From an uncultured Verrucomicrobiae bacterium (lineage in GTDB: Bacteria; Verrucomicrobiota; Verrucomicrobiia; Chthoniobacterales; JAFAMB01): DNA of 64,000 nt. Shown here piece after piece: positions 1 through 10,038 of this stretch. Under the pieces are notes generated by a model that worked only from the letters and a program-made list of their open reading frames with translations, made no database searches and was not told the origin of the DNA. Position 1 is the first letter of the stretch; every line of letters starts with the position of its first letter. Made by a program: the position numbers and the translations under genes. The DNA lies in the NCBI GenBank assembly GCA_963837955.1, contig CAWIPH010000002.1, positions 10,966 to 74,965 on the forward strand, read 5' to 3'.

Positions 1-87
1 GGGTTGGCCGGGCGAAATCAAACTTCGAGCTGAAGGGGACTAACCTCCGGCCCAGCCTCGTATGAAGATGTCGACACTGCGGCATGA

Positions 88-1075
88 TCAAAGGCGGAAA
101 TTACAAGGTTTTGGTCCTCTTGAGACATCATAGCAAAGAACCGGATTCGGATTACCCCCGGAGGGCGGCGGACCGGGCTTCTTTGCTAATGTCGCGATGT
201 TGGTTGGAAACTTAATAGTACTCAGCGATCCCTTACCCCAGTACTCTTCAAAAAATGGCGCTTCCTTACTCTTCGAGATTTTGTACACATAAGTAGCAAT
301 ATCAAGATTTCCCATCTCCACTGGGTTAGTCGGAGGTCCTTGCGCCTGCTCGGCAGCAGGATTCTGTAAGCGAATTCCCCCCGCTCGCATATCCCAGAAG
401 TTGCCGCCGTAGAAATCGAACTGGGTATTGTTGAAGTGAAGGACAGGCGAAAAAGGTGCGTAAGCGTAAGTCTGCGGTCTTCGAGCACTTATTCGCTCGT
501 TCGGCCCTGTAACGCCGCGCCGGCGTTGGTGATCGGAACGGATCCTGGGAGAGCCGAGGTCGTTGCATTGAAGAAACTCGAGCCTCCAGTGAAGCCCGCG
601 TAGGGAATGTGGCAAGTCGCACAAGCTAGGTTGTTGTTAACCGATAGGCTTTGGTCGTAGATGAGCGCCTTACCCAGCGCTTGCGTGAACTGAGAAGAGC
701 CAGGGGCGAGTCGCGGTCTCCAACTTGTTCAGCGCGTCCTGGAAATTCGCGTCTAATGCTTGGAAGGAGGAGGAAAGCCACGTCGACATCCTCATGCATT
801 CCACCCGGGAGGTACTGTGCCATATTAAGTACCGGGACTGGTATTGCTACACCGCCCACCTGGACACCAGCCGCAGGCGAAGGCGACGGCGAAGCACTGG
901 GATTCGGGTTCGGAGTGGGGGTGGGGAATGAGTTTGGAACCGGGGTGGGGCCCGGGGTGGCGGGCGGGGTGGGGCCCGGATTGAGCATTTGGGCGAAAGC
1001 GGTTGAACAGACGATCGACGTCCCTAGGACCGCTCCGCAAATAATGGTTAGCTTGATCGATTTGACTGGAGGCAT
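88..1075 (-). pseudogene. Secreted haem-c protein of the cytochrome-c-peroxidase (CCP/MauG-like) family, broken by at least 2 frameshifts
   Basis: ORF 626..1075 gives a signal peptide (MPPVKSIKLTIICGAVLGTSIVCSTAFA) and a Pro/Thr/Ser-rich linker. Hand translation of the third minus frame gives QFTQALGKALIYDQSLSVNNNLACATCHIPYAGFTGG, with the CxxCH haem motif encoded at 609..623 and a stop at 489..491. The frame of ORF 88..624 then carries FWDMRAGG...AEQAQGPPTNPVEMG, which resembles the FWDGRA...NPvEMg block of CCP-family enzymes. Three frames are needed to read the protein. Confidence 0.5.
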
Positions 1076-2109
1076 GTTGTTTACTCCTTTCCTCCGCGAT
1101 TAACTGAATGAGTTGATCGGATCAGACGGAGAGCTACGCGGCGGAGTAGCTATCCGCCCCCTGGCCGAAGACACACCATCCGCGCACGACGAAATCTACG
1201 AAATCACTCCTCCTGCCTGTAGATCGCGTCCCGGATCTTACATTCCGAATCGTGAGAACGTGCGGTTTCTCTGTAGGTTCGGCTTTTGTTTACGGCGATC
1301 TAAACCCACTAACTGAGGCGTCCCTCTGGCTCTTATCAGATAAGAGTCAGTGGTCTCAATTCTGAGTCCAATCGCCGCAGTAAAGAAATTTGAATCTGTT
1401 TTCCGGTTGAATCTCTCTCCGGATTCTAAATAGACGACAACTTTGAATCTCTTTTCCGGACTATTTTAGACTAGACAACAACGTTTGGAGCTTCGCTACC
1501 CTCCTGCAAAACCGCGAAGTATTCGGGCAAATTACTACTCTCCCGACAAACTATAACCCATATCAGAGGCGCTTCTCTTTGGCAACTAGAATTATGGATA
1601 TTGATACAAATCGCCTCCGCTAGGCGATGCTGCAGTTCTCACGTTTGGTTCAGCGGTATTCATGACCTCGATCGAAATCAAGCCAGACTCGCAAGCGTGG
1701 ATGGTCTGAGAGTGCAACCCAGCAGCTAGCGAAGAGCCTTAAACAGAAGGCAGCAAAGTTAACAAAAGATTCAGGCCCTCCGTTTCCTCCTTCTGTTCAA
1801 ACGATTTGCAAGGGTGGATTGGCCATTGGCCTCAAAACCAATTGAACAGAAGGTAACGGAGGAAACAGAGATGGGAAAACTGGCACAAAAAAGAGGAAGG
1901 GGATTATCGACTGCCAGGTCGATTACCACCGGATGCACTTCACGCCTTGATCGGTATCTATCCCTCGATACCGCCCGTTCCAGTTTGCGGGTCGAAATCT
2001 TCGCCGTAACGCTCGAAGCCCGGTGTGTCGGCAGCGAGTTCATGACCCGAGTTCGGGAGGCGGAATTCGCGTCTCTATGAGCACGATTGCCCCCGAAACA
2101 GCCTGGTGA

Positions 2110-3669
2110 TCAATGCGCCACCGCGCCTTCCTTCGCTCTTGCCTTCTGACAAACCCAGACTAGTGCCGCGCCGATAAGCAGAGATATTCCGACAATCAGG
2201 AAAGCGTCATCAAAGGCCATAATGTAGGCTTCGCGCCTGACAATATTCTTGATTTGGCCGTAGGCTTGATGCGTCGCAGTTACGGCATCATAGCCTTTGT
2301 TGACAAAAGTAGCGGTAAGAGCCCGTACCCGCTCCTGCACGACCGGACGATACGCATTGATGTACGCGCCGATCTCGAAATCGTGGAATTGCTCGCGTCG
2401 AGTGACGATTGTGTCGAGCATAGCCGTGCCGACGCTTCCGCCAAGGTTGCGCGCGATGTTGAAAACGGCAGAGCCGTCCCCAGCATCTTTCGGCTGCAAT
2501 ATAGATGTGGCTAACGCGGAAAGGGGCACAATGGTAAATGGCTGACCCAGCGCCCGTACGATGTTTGAAACCACAAATTGGTCGCCTGCGTAATCGTGCG
2601 ACATCGAGGTGTTCATCCAACAGCTTGCGGCAAAAATGAGGGTACCGAAACAAACCAGCGCTCGCAGGTCCAATTGTTTCATCAAACGAGGTACGAACGG
2701 AAAGATCAGGAGCTGAGGAAGACCGACCCAGATCATCGCTTGGCCCGTTTGGAAGGCATCATAGCCCTGGACGATGGTCAAGTACTGCGGCAGGAGATAA
2801 ACCGTCCCATACAACGCTGAGCCCAAGAAGAAATTTGTGGCGGAGGCGATTCCCAGGTTGCGTTGGGCCAGTAGGCGGAGGTTGACAAAAGGCTTCTTGC
2901 GCGACAGTTCAATGATAATAAAGGCCGGGATAAAGATCGCCGCCAAAAGGGCACAGCGTTGGATGAATACGCTGCCCAGCCAATCGTCGCGCTGACCTTC
3001 CTCCAACATTGCGATCAGCGATCCGAGTCCGATCGCCATGCAGCCGATGCCCAGCCAGTCGCCTTCACGCAATTGGTAAAGCTGCATGGGTGCGGATCTA
3101 ATCGCAAAGACGATGGAGCCAATCATGAGGGCGCCCGGAATCAGGTTGATGTAGAACACCCATTGCCATCCGTAATTGTCAGTTAACCATCCGCCGACTG
3201 TCGGGCCCAGAGCCGGCCCAAGGGTCGCCGTCATTCCGAAAAGAGCCAGTCCAAGCGGCCGCTTACTTTTGGGAAGGGTGGAAAGCGCAACGGTTAGCGC
3301 CATCGGAATCATGACACCGCCGGTAAAGCCCTGACAGGCGCGAAACGCAATCATTTCGCCGAGGCTACGAGCTGTGCCGCAAAGACAAGAGAAAATCAGA
3401 AACAGCGCCACGTTAACAATCAGGTACCAACGCACGCTGAAAACCCGGGATAACCAAGCCGTAAGCGGGATGGTAATGATTTCACCGATCAAGTAGCTGG
3501 TTGAGACCCAGGAACCCTCATCTTGAGTGGCCGCGATCCCGCCGGTAATATCTCTCAGGGAAGAGTTGGTAATCTGGATATCAAGCACCGCCATGAAAGC
3601 GCCGAGCATGGTGCCCAGCACTCCCACCCAGGTCCGAAAATCGACCGGTTTTTCTTCAATGTTAGGCAT
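2110..3669 (-). CDS. MFS transporter, DHA2 (EmrB/QacA-type, 14-TMS) drug efflux permease
   Basis: The 519-aa ORF has N-terminus TWVGVLGTMLGAFMAVLDIQITNSSL...STSYLIGEIITIPLTAWLS...ACQGFTGG, typical of the EmrB family. It is hydrophobic throughout and lies directly downstream of an HlyD-family gene. Confidence 0.9.
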   Translation of the reverse strand: MPNIEEKPVDFRTWVGVLGTMLGAFMAVLDIQITNSSLRDITGGIAATQDEGSWVSTSYLIGEIITIPLTAWLSRVFSVRWYLIVNVALFLIFSCLCGTARSLGEMIAFRACQGFTGGVMIPMALTVALSTLPKSKRPLGLALFGMTATLGPALGPTVGGWLTDNYGWQWVFYINLIPGALMIGSIVFAIRSAPMQLYQLREGDWLGIGCMAIGLGSLIAMLEEGQRDDWLGSVFIQRCALLAAIFIPAFIIIELSRKKPFVNLRLLAQRNLGIASATNFFLGSALYGTVYLLPQYLTIVQGYDAFQTGQAMIWVGLPQLLIFPFVPRLMKQLDLRALVCFGTLIFAASCWMNTSMSHDYAGDQFVVSNIVRALGQPFTIVPLSALATSILQPKDAGDGSAVFNIARNLGGSVGTAMLDTIVTRREQFHDFEIGAYINAYRPVVQERVRALTATFVNKGYDAVTATHQAYGQIKNIVRREAYIMAFDDAFLIVGISLLIGAALVWVCQKARAKEGAVAH

Positions 3670-3727
3670 ATCGTGTCACTCCTTTGCGCAAGTTTTTTTG
3701 CCGTTCATTCCTCTCTACGGATCATGC

Positions 3728-4900
3728 TCACTGCTTTACCCGAATCTTGGGGTCAACCGAGAGACCTGGCACAATCAGTTGCTCGTACCCTCGAATGCTG
3801 GCTCGATCGAAGAGGATTTTGACGGGAACCCGCTGCACGATTTTCGTGAAATTCCCCGTTGCGTTATCCGGAGGCAGCAGGGCAAATACCGCGCCTGTTC
3901 CGGATTGGAAGCTGTCGACCTTACCGATGAATTTATGATTGGGAAGAGCGTCCACGCTGACCTCGACCGGCTGGCCGGGCCGAATCCGACCCAATTGGGT
4001 TTCTTTGAAGTTGGCCACGACCCAATCGTCAGGTTCCGATATAGAGAGCCCGGTTTGTCCCGATTGGACACGTTGGCCAGTCTCGAAGGTCTTTTGTGCT
4101 ACCCGCCCCTCGGTGGATGCGTACACGGTCGTGTAGGAGAGCTGTAGCTCGGCATTCTGTACTTGGGCAGAGGCGACTTCGACTTGGGCCGCCGCGGCTT
4201 TTTCCTGAGCCTTCGCCGTTTGAACATTAGCTTCCGCGACGTTCACGGCTGCCACGGTAGCGTTGTAAGTGGCTTCGTTGCCCTCAGCCTGGTATTGGGA
4301 GTTGTCCAGATCCTGTTTTGAGATCACTCCCTTGCCTTGATAAAACAGTTGATAGTTTCGTTGGAAATTCCGTTGGGAATTGATGTTTTGAGCCTTGGCA
4401 GCGTCCGCCTGTGCTCGGGCTTGTTGTAGCTGAGCATCGGTCTGGATCAGTTGTGCCTGACTTTGCCCGAGTTGAGCTTTGGCCTGTTCGAGGCTCGCTT
4501 TGGCTTGCGCCAGCGCCACTTGGAAGTCTTTAGGATCTAGCTTAGCAATCGGTTGTCCCTGTTTGACCAACTGGTTGTCGTCCACCAGAACGTCGGAGAT
4601 GGTTCCAGCGACCCGAAAACTCACCGGATGTTCGTGACCTGTGACATAGGCGTCGTCGGTTTCTTCGAATTGGCTGGAATAGAGCCAGTACGAAACCCCG
4701 GCAATCACCCCTAGGATGATGACTGGTAGCGCCAGCCAGCGAACCCGCGACTTTTTGCCTTTTGCCGGGGGATTGGTGATCGGCTCTCTGGTGGTAGTTG
4801 GTTCTTCGGCTTTAACCCGGTTTGGGTATTCCAGGGTTGATCCATTGGTTGAAGCACTCATATAATTCTTCCCGCTTTCTGGTGGCTTCAATTGGTTCAT
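3728..4900 (-). CDS. HlyD/EmrA-family membrane fusion (periplasmic adaptor) protein
   Basis: The 390-aa ORF has a single N-terminal TM segment (WLALPVIILGVIAGVSYWLY). It has a long Ala/Gln-rich coiled-coil hairpin (LAQAKASLEQAKAQLGQSQAQLIQ...) and flanking beta-barrel-like segments. It is paired with the MFS permease. Confidence 0.85.
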   Translation of the reverse strand: MNQLKPPESGKNYMSASTNGSTLEYPNRVKAEEPTTTREPITNPPAKGKKSRVRWLALPVIILGVIAGVSYWLYSSQFEETDDAYVTGHEHPVSFRVAGTISDVLVDDNQLVKQGQPIAKLDPKDFQVALAQAKASLEQAKAQLGQSQAQLIQTDAQLQQARAQADAAKAQNINSQRNFQRNYQLFYQGKGVISKQDLDNSQYQAEGNEATYNATVAAVNVAEANVQTAKAQEKAAAAQVEVASAQVQNAELQLSYTTVYASTEGRVAQKTFETGQRVQSGQTGLSISEPDDWVVANFKETQLGRIRPGQPVEVSVDALPNHKFIGKVDSFQSGTGAVFALLPPDNATGNFTKIVQRVPVKILFDRASIRGYEQLIVPGLSVDPKIRVKQ

Positions 4901-5004
4901 CGCAATTGAAGCTCGACCGAAGCAAACCTCATGGTGAGGTACGCGAGGATTACTTAGTTCTTGTCGCAGCGATAAGCAGGGGCTATCACCCAGAGGTACT
5001 AGCT

Positions 5005-5913
5005 ATGGAGTTGCGTCACATCCGCTACTTTGTGGCCGCGGCCGAGGAACTGAGCCTCCGCCGGGCAGCCCACCGGCTCCATGTCTCTCAGCCTGCGTTG
5101 AGCCTGCAGATTAGTGACCTGGAAGATGAACTCGGTCACAAGCTTTTCGAAAGGAATTCACGGGGGGTCGAGCTCACTGAAGCCGGACGCGCTTTTCTTC
5201 TGGGAGGGCGGCGAGTGCTGGCGGCCACCAAACAGGCGATCGCACAAGCGCAAGAGGCTGCGAACGGAGAAAGAGGTAGGCTCGTGATCGGCGGCATCGG
5301 TCCCCTGACAAGTTCATTTTTGCCGGTTGCCCTAGCCCGATTCCGTGAGCAGCGCCCGTTGGTTGAGGTCACCGTTCTACACATGAACAACCGCGCTCAG
5401 GTCGAAGCGGTGTTGAACGGTTCGATCATGTTGGGTATTGGATTCTTCGACTCGGCGGTAGACGAAGATGAGCATGAGCAGTTATGTACTCGACTGCTGC
5501 TTCGTTCGCCGGTCGGAATTGGCTGCTCGAAACATCGCCGGTTTCCAAAACGAGCGGCACCGAAACTCCGAGACTTTCGTCACGACAAATTCATATCGTT
5601 CGATCCCGAGTATGGATATGGGCACGAGCAATGGGTCCGCGGGTTTTGCCAGCGAGTCGGCAAGTTTGAGCCTGAGATCGGAGCCTTAGCCAACTCGCCC
5701 GACAGTCTGGTCAGCATGGTAGCAGCTGGGCGCGGAGTTTTTGTAGGTCCGCAAATTGGTGTTGAAGGCCGAACTGCAGCGATTGACTTTTATCCGTTAA
5801 CTGAAGCAGAGATTCAGTTCGAACTGTTCGCGATTTGGAAAAAACAACCCGAAGTGGTGCCGACTATCTCCAAGTTCATCGAACTTCTGCAAGAGGCGAC
5901 AAAGCCTGTCTGA
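5005..5913 (+). CDS. LysR-family transcriptional regulator, divergent from the efflux pair
   Basis: The family-typical start MELRHIRYFVAAAEELSLRRAAHRLHVSQPALSLQISDLEDELG (wHTH) sits at the ATG at 5005. The track ORF starts at 4822 but that extension overlaps the HlyD gene start. Confidence 0.85.
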   Translation: MELRHIRYFVAAAEELSLRRAAHRLHVSQPALSLQISDLEDELGHKLFERNSRGVELTEAGRAFLLGGRRVLAATKQAIAQAQEAANGERGRLVIGGIGPLTSSFLPVALARFREQRPLVEVTVLHMNNRAQVEAVLNGSIMLGIGFFDSAVDEDEHEQLCTRLLLRSPVGIGCSKHRRFPKRAAPKLRDFRHDKFISFDPEYGYGHEQWVRGFCQRVGKFEPEIGALANSPDSLVSMVAAGRGVFVGPQIGVEGRTAAIDFYPLTEAEIQFELFAIWKKQPEVVPTISKFIELLQEATKPV

Positions 5914-6085
5914 GATTTTAGCGCGTCGACAGACCTCTTCTAGTTCGGAGCCGTTCTTGGCAGAACGATAGTTTGCGTTCGAAAGGGCAACCAGATGAGC
6001 GGGAAAAATGGACTACGATTCAAAATGCAGCAGTCTACGATTTACCCGCAATCGCCAATCATTTTGCGCTAGTTTGGGCGCCACT

Positions 6086-6490
6086 ATGAACTCTCAACCT
6101 GCCAAGATCTCCCCCAATTTCATCGTTCCAGATGTGGTCGCCACGGCAAAGTACTACTGCGACGTCCTCGGGTTTACCTCAGTACGCTACGACGGTGACC
6201 CTCCCGTATTTGCGCTCGTGGAGTGGGGCGATGTTTCTATCATGTTTAAGAGTTATCCCGGTGTGAACGTGGCTCTTTCCAACCAGAAGGTGCACGAAGA
6301 CGTCGGTTGGGATGCATATTTATGGGTTACGGATGCCCGGCGCGCGTGCGAGGAAATTCGAGGGCGTGGTGGACGAATCATGCGCGAAATTGAGGAGACT
6401 TACTATGGCTGTTTGGAGTTTGAAATCGAAGACCTCAACGGCCTCCTGCTTTGCTTCGGCGAGGAACTAGCGCCCGATCCCTCGCACTAA
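6086..6490 (+). CDS. VOC (glyoxalase/bleomycin-resistance) family protein
   Basis: MNSQPAKISPNFIVPDVVATAKYYCDVLGFT...LEFEIEDLNGLLLCFGE matches the paired beta-alpha-beta-beta-beta VOC pattern. The ATG at 6086 is preferred over the upstream track start at 6008. Confidence 0.7.
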   Translation: MNSQPAKISPNFIVPDVVATAKYYCDVLGFTSVRYDGDPPVFALVEWGDVSIMFKSYPGVNVALSNQKVHEDVGWDAYLWVTDARRACEEIRGRGGRIMREIEETYYGCLEFEIEDLNGLLLCFGEELAPDPSH

Positions 6491-6561
6491 TCACATCTCA
6501 CCTATCACCTGTCCGTTACCTGAGCGCTGTGCCGGAACTCCAGGCTGATAACAAAAAACTG

Positions 6562-6603
6562 CAGAGCGGAGGGATGGTTCTTGATGAATGCCCCTCCGCT
6601 CTG
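6562..6603. terminator. Hairpin between convergent genes (candidate bidirectional terminator)
   Basis: CAGAGCGGAGGG (6562-6573) pairs with CCCTCCGCTCTG (6592-6603) around an 18-nt loop. It lies between the VOC gene end (6490) and the SDR gene end (6610). There is no clear U-tract. Confidence 0.35.
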
Positions 6604-6609
6604 AACGGC

Positions 6610-7359
6610 CTACACCTGGGCTAAGCCGCCATCCACAAACAATTCCGTTCCGGTGATGTAGCTGCTGTCGTCGGATGCGAGAAACACCACGGCCTTGGCG
6701 ATCTCATCGGGTGTACCGAGCCTGCCAAGCGGAACAGTGTTGGAAATCATCTTCAAGCGTTCCTGGCCGATTTCCCCGGAAGCGAGCAGATTACTAAGTC
6801 CGGGCGTGTCGGTGGAGCCCGGGCTCACCGCGTTCACGCGAATGCGGCGGGCCTTTAAGTCCGTTGTCCATGTCCGCGCGAATGAACGCACGGCGGCTTT
6901 GGTGGCGCTATAAACACTATTCGACGAGAACCCTTTGCTGGCGACGATGGACGCATTCAGAATGACAGAGGCACCATCCGGCAGCAACGGAAGCGCCTTC
7001 TGCACCGTGAAAAGGAGGCCTTTTACATTGATGTCGAAGATCGAATCATAGAAATCCTCAGTTATCGTGCCAAAGGGGGCAAACGTCGCGACACCGGCAT
7101 TCGCGAACACAATATCGAGCTTGCCCTTCTCCTGCTTGATCTGGGCGAAGAGGCGATCAAGATCGCCAAGGTTCGACACGTCGCCTTGTACGCCGGTCAC
7201 ATTTCTCCCGATCTCCTTGACGGCCGCAGCCAACTCCGGATCGCGGCGCCCCGTTATGAAGACGTACGCGCCTTCGTTCACAAACTGCTTCGCCGTGGCG
7301 AGGCCAATGCCGCTGTTGCCACCCGTGATGAGGGCAATTTTTCCTTCAAGCTTATTCAT
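6610..7359 (-). CDS. SDR-family (short-chain dehydrogenase/reductase) oxidoreductase, copy 1
   Basis: It has the TGGNSGIG cofactor motif, NAG, and a S...YSATKAA catalytic block. It is 249 aa long. Confidence 0.9.
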   Translation of the reverse strand: MNKLEGKIALITGGNSGIGLATAKQFVNEGAYVFITGRRDPELAAAVKEIGRNVTGVQGDVSNLGDLDRLFAQIKQEKGKLDIVFANAGVATFAPFGTITEDFYDSIFDINVKGLLFTVQKALPLLPDGASVILNASIVASKGFSSNSVYSATKAAVRSFARTWTTDLKARRIRVNAVSPGSTDTPGLSNLLASGEIGQERLKMISNTVPLGRLGTPDEIAKAVVFLASDDSSYITGTELFVDGGLAQV

Positions 7360-7517
7360 CTATTTCTCTTTAGTTGTCGTTTAGTCGCTAGCCTCGTAGA
7401 CCTTTTCTGGCTTCGCTCATGGAATCATCGCAGGGGGTCGGCGATGAGCAGGGCGGGGCGGTCTGGGGCATAGCTGGTCGTTGTCATGGGTTGTCCCAAA
7501 TCGTTGCCACGCCAAAG

Positions 7518-8255
7518 TCAGATTTGCGCAACACCGCCATCCACAAACAATTCCGTTCCGGCGATGTAGCTGCTATCGCCGGATGCGAGAAACACCACGG
7601 CATTCGCGACCTCATCGGGTGTGCCGAATCTGCCGAGCGGAACACTGTTGGAAATGATCTTCATGCGTTCCTCGGCCCCCTCTATGGCATGCCACGGCGG
7701 CGTGTCGGTGAAGCCGGGGCTCACCGCGTTCACCCGAATGCGACGAGCCTTCAGGTCTGCTGTCCAGGTCCGCGCGAACGAACGAACAGCGGCTTTTGTG
7801 GCGCTATAGCCACTCCACTCGGAAAACCCTTTGCTGGCGACGATGGACGCATTCAGGATGATCGACCCACCATCCGGCATTAGCGGAAGTGCCTTTTGTA
7901 CCGTGAAAAGGAGGCCTTTCACGTTGCTGTTAAAGAGCGAGTCGTAATCCTCCTCAGTTATCTTCCCCAAGGGCGCGAGCTTCGCAAAACCGGCATTGGC
8001 GAACACCACATCGAGCCTGCCCTTCTCCTGTTTGATTTGTGCGAAGAGTCGATCAAGATCGCCAAGGTTCGAGACGTCGCCTTGTACGCCGGTCACATTT
8101 TTTCCGATCTCCTTAACGGCCGCAGCCAATTCCGGATCACGACGCCCCGTGATGAAGACGTATGCGCCTTCGTTCACAAACTGCTTCGCGGTGGCGAGGC
8201 CGATGCCGCTGTTGCCACCAGTAATCAGTGCAATTTTTCCTTCAAGCTTGTTCAT
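7518..8255 (-). CDS. SDR-family oxidoreductase, copy 2 (tandem paralog)
   Basis: It has the same motifs as copy 1 and is nearly identical to it over the first ~95 aa ([51 protein letters not shown]...). The start is set at the MNKLEGK methionine at 8255. Confidence 0.9.
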   Translation of the reverse strand: MNKLEGKIALITGGNSGIGLATAKQFVNEGAYVFITGRRDPELAAAVKEIGKNVTGVQGDVSNLGDLDRLFAQIKQEKGRLDVVFANAGFAKLAPLGKITEEDYDSLFNSNVKGLLFTVQKALPLMPDGGSIILNASIVASKGFSEWSGYSATKAAVRSFARTWTADLKARRIRVNAVSPGFTDTPPWHAIEGAEERMKIISNSVPLGRFGTPDEVANAVVFLASGDSSYIAGTELFVDGGVAQI

Positions 8256-8282
8256 GTATTCTTCTCTTCTCATCAAAGGCTG

Positions 8283-9254
8283 TCAGATTGTGAGGACGAC
8301 CCTGCCGAAGGGGCGGCCCTCAACCAGGTAACGCAGAGCATCGGCCGCTTCGGCCAGTGGCAAGACCTTAGCCACGATCGGTTTGATCGCGCCGGATTGA
8401 AGCAGGGGGACGATAGTATTCCAGGCGTCAGCCCAGGCCGCCTGTGGCTGAGTGAACATTACGAAGCTCTTGATGCTGGCCCGTTGCCAGATCAGATTTG
8501 TGACGTCAATGGTTGCCTTGCGGCCTCCCGCATAACCCAGCGTTGTGAGGCTTCCGCCCAACGCAAGCGCTCCGAGCGCCTCGCTCAACACTTCACCACC
8601 GACGCCGTCGATCACAATGTCTGCGCCGTAACCGCCTGTGATACGACGCACGCCGTCACCGAGCTTCTCGCAAGAGAGATCAATGACCTCATTGAATCCG
8701 AGCGCCTTCGCTTGCTCGGCTTTTGCATGATTGGTCGTGCTTGAGATGGCGTGTTTTGCGCCCAAGGCACGCGCCAATTGTGTCACCGCGTTGCCGACCG
8801 ATCCTCCGATCGCCGGCGCCAGCACGGTTTTGCCGGCTTGAAAACCAGCGAGGTTGAGAGCCATCTGTGCGGTGAGATACGCGACCGGAATACCGGCGGC
8901 GCTCACGTCGTCGATACCCTCAGGTATCAGGCAAAGGCTTTCCTTCCGTACGGCAAGCCACTCACTGTAGGCTCCATCCTCAAAAACGCCATACGGCCCA
9001 GTGAACATCACCCGTGAACCAACAGGAAAGTCCGTTCCGTCTCCCTCCTCCACCACGCCCGCTCCTTCGTTGCCTAGGATCAGCGGCGCCTTGGCGAAGG
9101 GGAATTGGCCGGAGAGAATCGTATGGTCGAGGGGTGTGACGCCGGCTGCAGTCATTCGCAGCAATATTTTTCCGTCCGAGACCGTTGGTTTTGGAAGATC
9201 TACGAGCTTCAATCGTTCATAACCACTGAATTTTTCCGCTCTCATTGCGCGCAT
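8283..9254 (-). CDS. Medium-chain (zinc-type/quinone oxidoreductase-like) alcohol dehydrogenase family protein
   Basis: The 323-aa ORF has a GroES-like N-terminal domain and a Rossmann segment VLAPAIGGSVGNAVTQLARALGA. It ends ...GRPFGRVVLTI, typical of the quinone-oxidoreductase subgroup. Confidence 0.85.
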   Translation of the reverse strand: MRAMRAEKFSGYERLKLVDLPKPTVSDGKILLRMTAAGVTPLDHTILSGQFPFAKAPLILGNEGAGVVEEGDGTDFPVGSRVMFTGPYGVFEDGAYSEWLAVRKESLCLIPEGIDDVSAAGIPVAYLTAQMALNLAGFQAGKTVLAPAIGGSVGNAVTQLARALGAKHAISSTTNHAKAEQAKALGFNEVIDLSCEKLGDGVRRITGGYGADIVIDGVGGEVLSEALGALALGGSLTTLGYAGGRKATIDVTNLIWQRASIKSFVMFTQPQAAWADAWNTIVPLLQSGAIKPIVAKVLPLAEAADALRYLVEGRPFGRVVLTI

Positions 9255-9333
9255 ATTAGTTCTCCTGTTTTTTGTCGGATGTATTAAGGTTTAGCTGCGC
9301 GGGCCGCTGTCGCCGCTCATTGGCACCGGGAAG

Positions 9334-9717
9334 TCACCGCTTCGGCGAGATCTTCCCCGCAAACGTCTGGGTCACGATCTTTCCGTTCTGCACAATGAAG
9401 GTGTCGGTGGCGACTTCGAAGCGGTTGTCCGCCGTCTCGGCCTTCCACACGATGTAGGCCGTGTCGCCGTCGACCTCCTGTTGGAGCATATCGAAGGACA
9501 TCCCTGGCTTCGCGAACTCCTCGAACAACTTCACGAAGAATCTCCGAATTGCCTCGGGGCCGCGCAACAGGCCATCCGGGGTGAAGAACCTCGACTCGGC
9601 GGTGTAGTCGGCCATGGTGCCGGCGATGTCGCCGAAGGAGTTCAGGTGGTGTGCGAGTACATTCTGGGTCGTCGCGGCGACGCCGTCTTTCTGTTCCGGG
9701 TTCACGTCGGTTCTCAT
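9334..9717 (-). CDS. SnoaL-like / NTF2-fold protein
   Basis: The small ORF reads ...FTPDGLLRGPEAIRRFFVKLFEEF...VDGDTAYIVWKAETADNRFEVATDTFIVQNGKIVTQTF, an NTF2-like pattern. The start is set at the internal Met at 9717. It is the first gene of the operon divergent from the TetR gene. Confidence 0.6.
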   Translation of the reverse strand: MRTDVNPEQKDGVAATTQNVLAHHLNSFGDIAGTMADYTAESRFFTPDGLLRGPEAIRRFFVKLFEEFAKPGMSFDMLQQEVDGDTAYIVWKAETADNRFEVATDTFIVQNGKIVTQTFAGKISPKR

Positions 9718-9956
9718 GGATTTCAGCTTAGTTGTGATTTGTTCGCTGTTTCTTTGAGAGCATCCGCGCTTCCGCCAGCAATGCGGATACTGCGTTCTGG
9801 TTCGCCGTAATTTCCATTCCACCGGTAAATCAGGGGACCGTAAGAAGTGAAAATGATCGAAGCTTCGCGACCCAAAGAAACCTCTTGAAAGGCTGAAGTA
9901 TCCATCGCCGTTTGGTTGGTAAGTCTCATCATAGAGTTGCCGTTGGATCCGATTGC

Positions 9957-10000
9957 ATCTAGATTATACTTGTACTCTAGATGGATTACGATAATAATCC
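9957..10000. promoter_or_regulatory. Candidate TetR operator palindromes in the divergent promoter region
   Basis: ATCTAGAttatacttgtacTCTAGAT lies at 9957-9982 with 7-bp perfect arms. GGATTAcgataaTAATCC lies at 9983-10000. Both are in the AT-rich spacer just upstream of the TetR start at 10039. Confidence 0.3.
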
Positions 10001-10038
10001 AGATTGTCAAGCGGCTTTGAAAAAAGAGAGAAAACTCC

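Noticed and set aside
7896-8744. A 282-aa ORF on the plus strand
   Set aside because: It lies entirely antisense to the well-supported SDR (7518-8255) and MDR dehydrogenase (8283-9254) genes, spans their intergenic gap, and has no recognisable motifs. It is a shadow ORF of the kind that arises opposite real genes.
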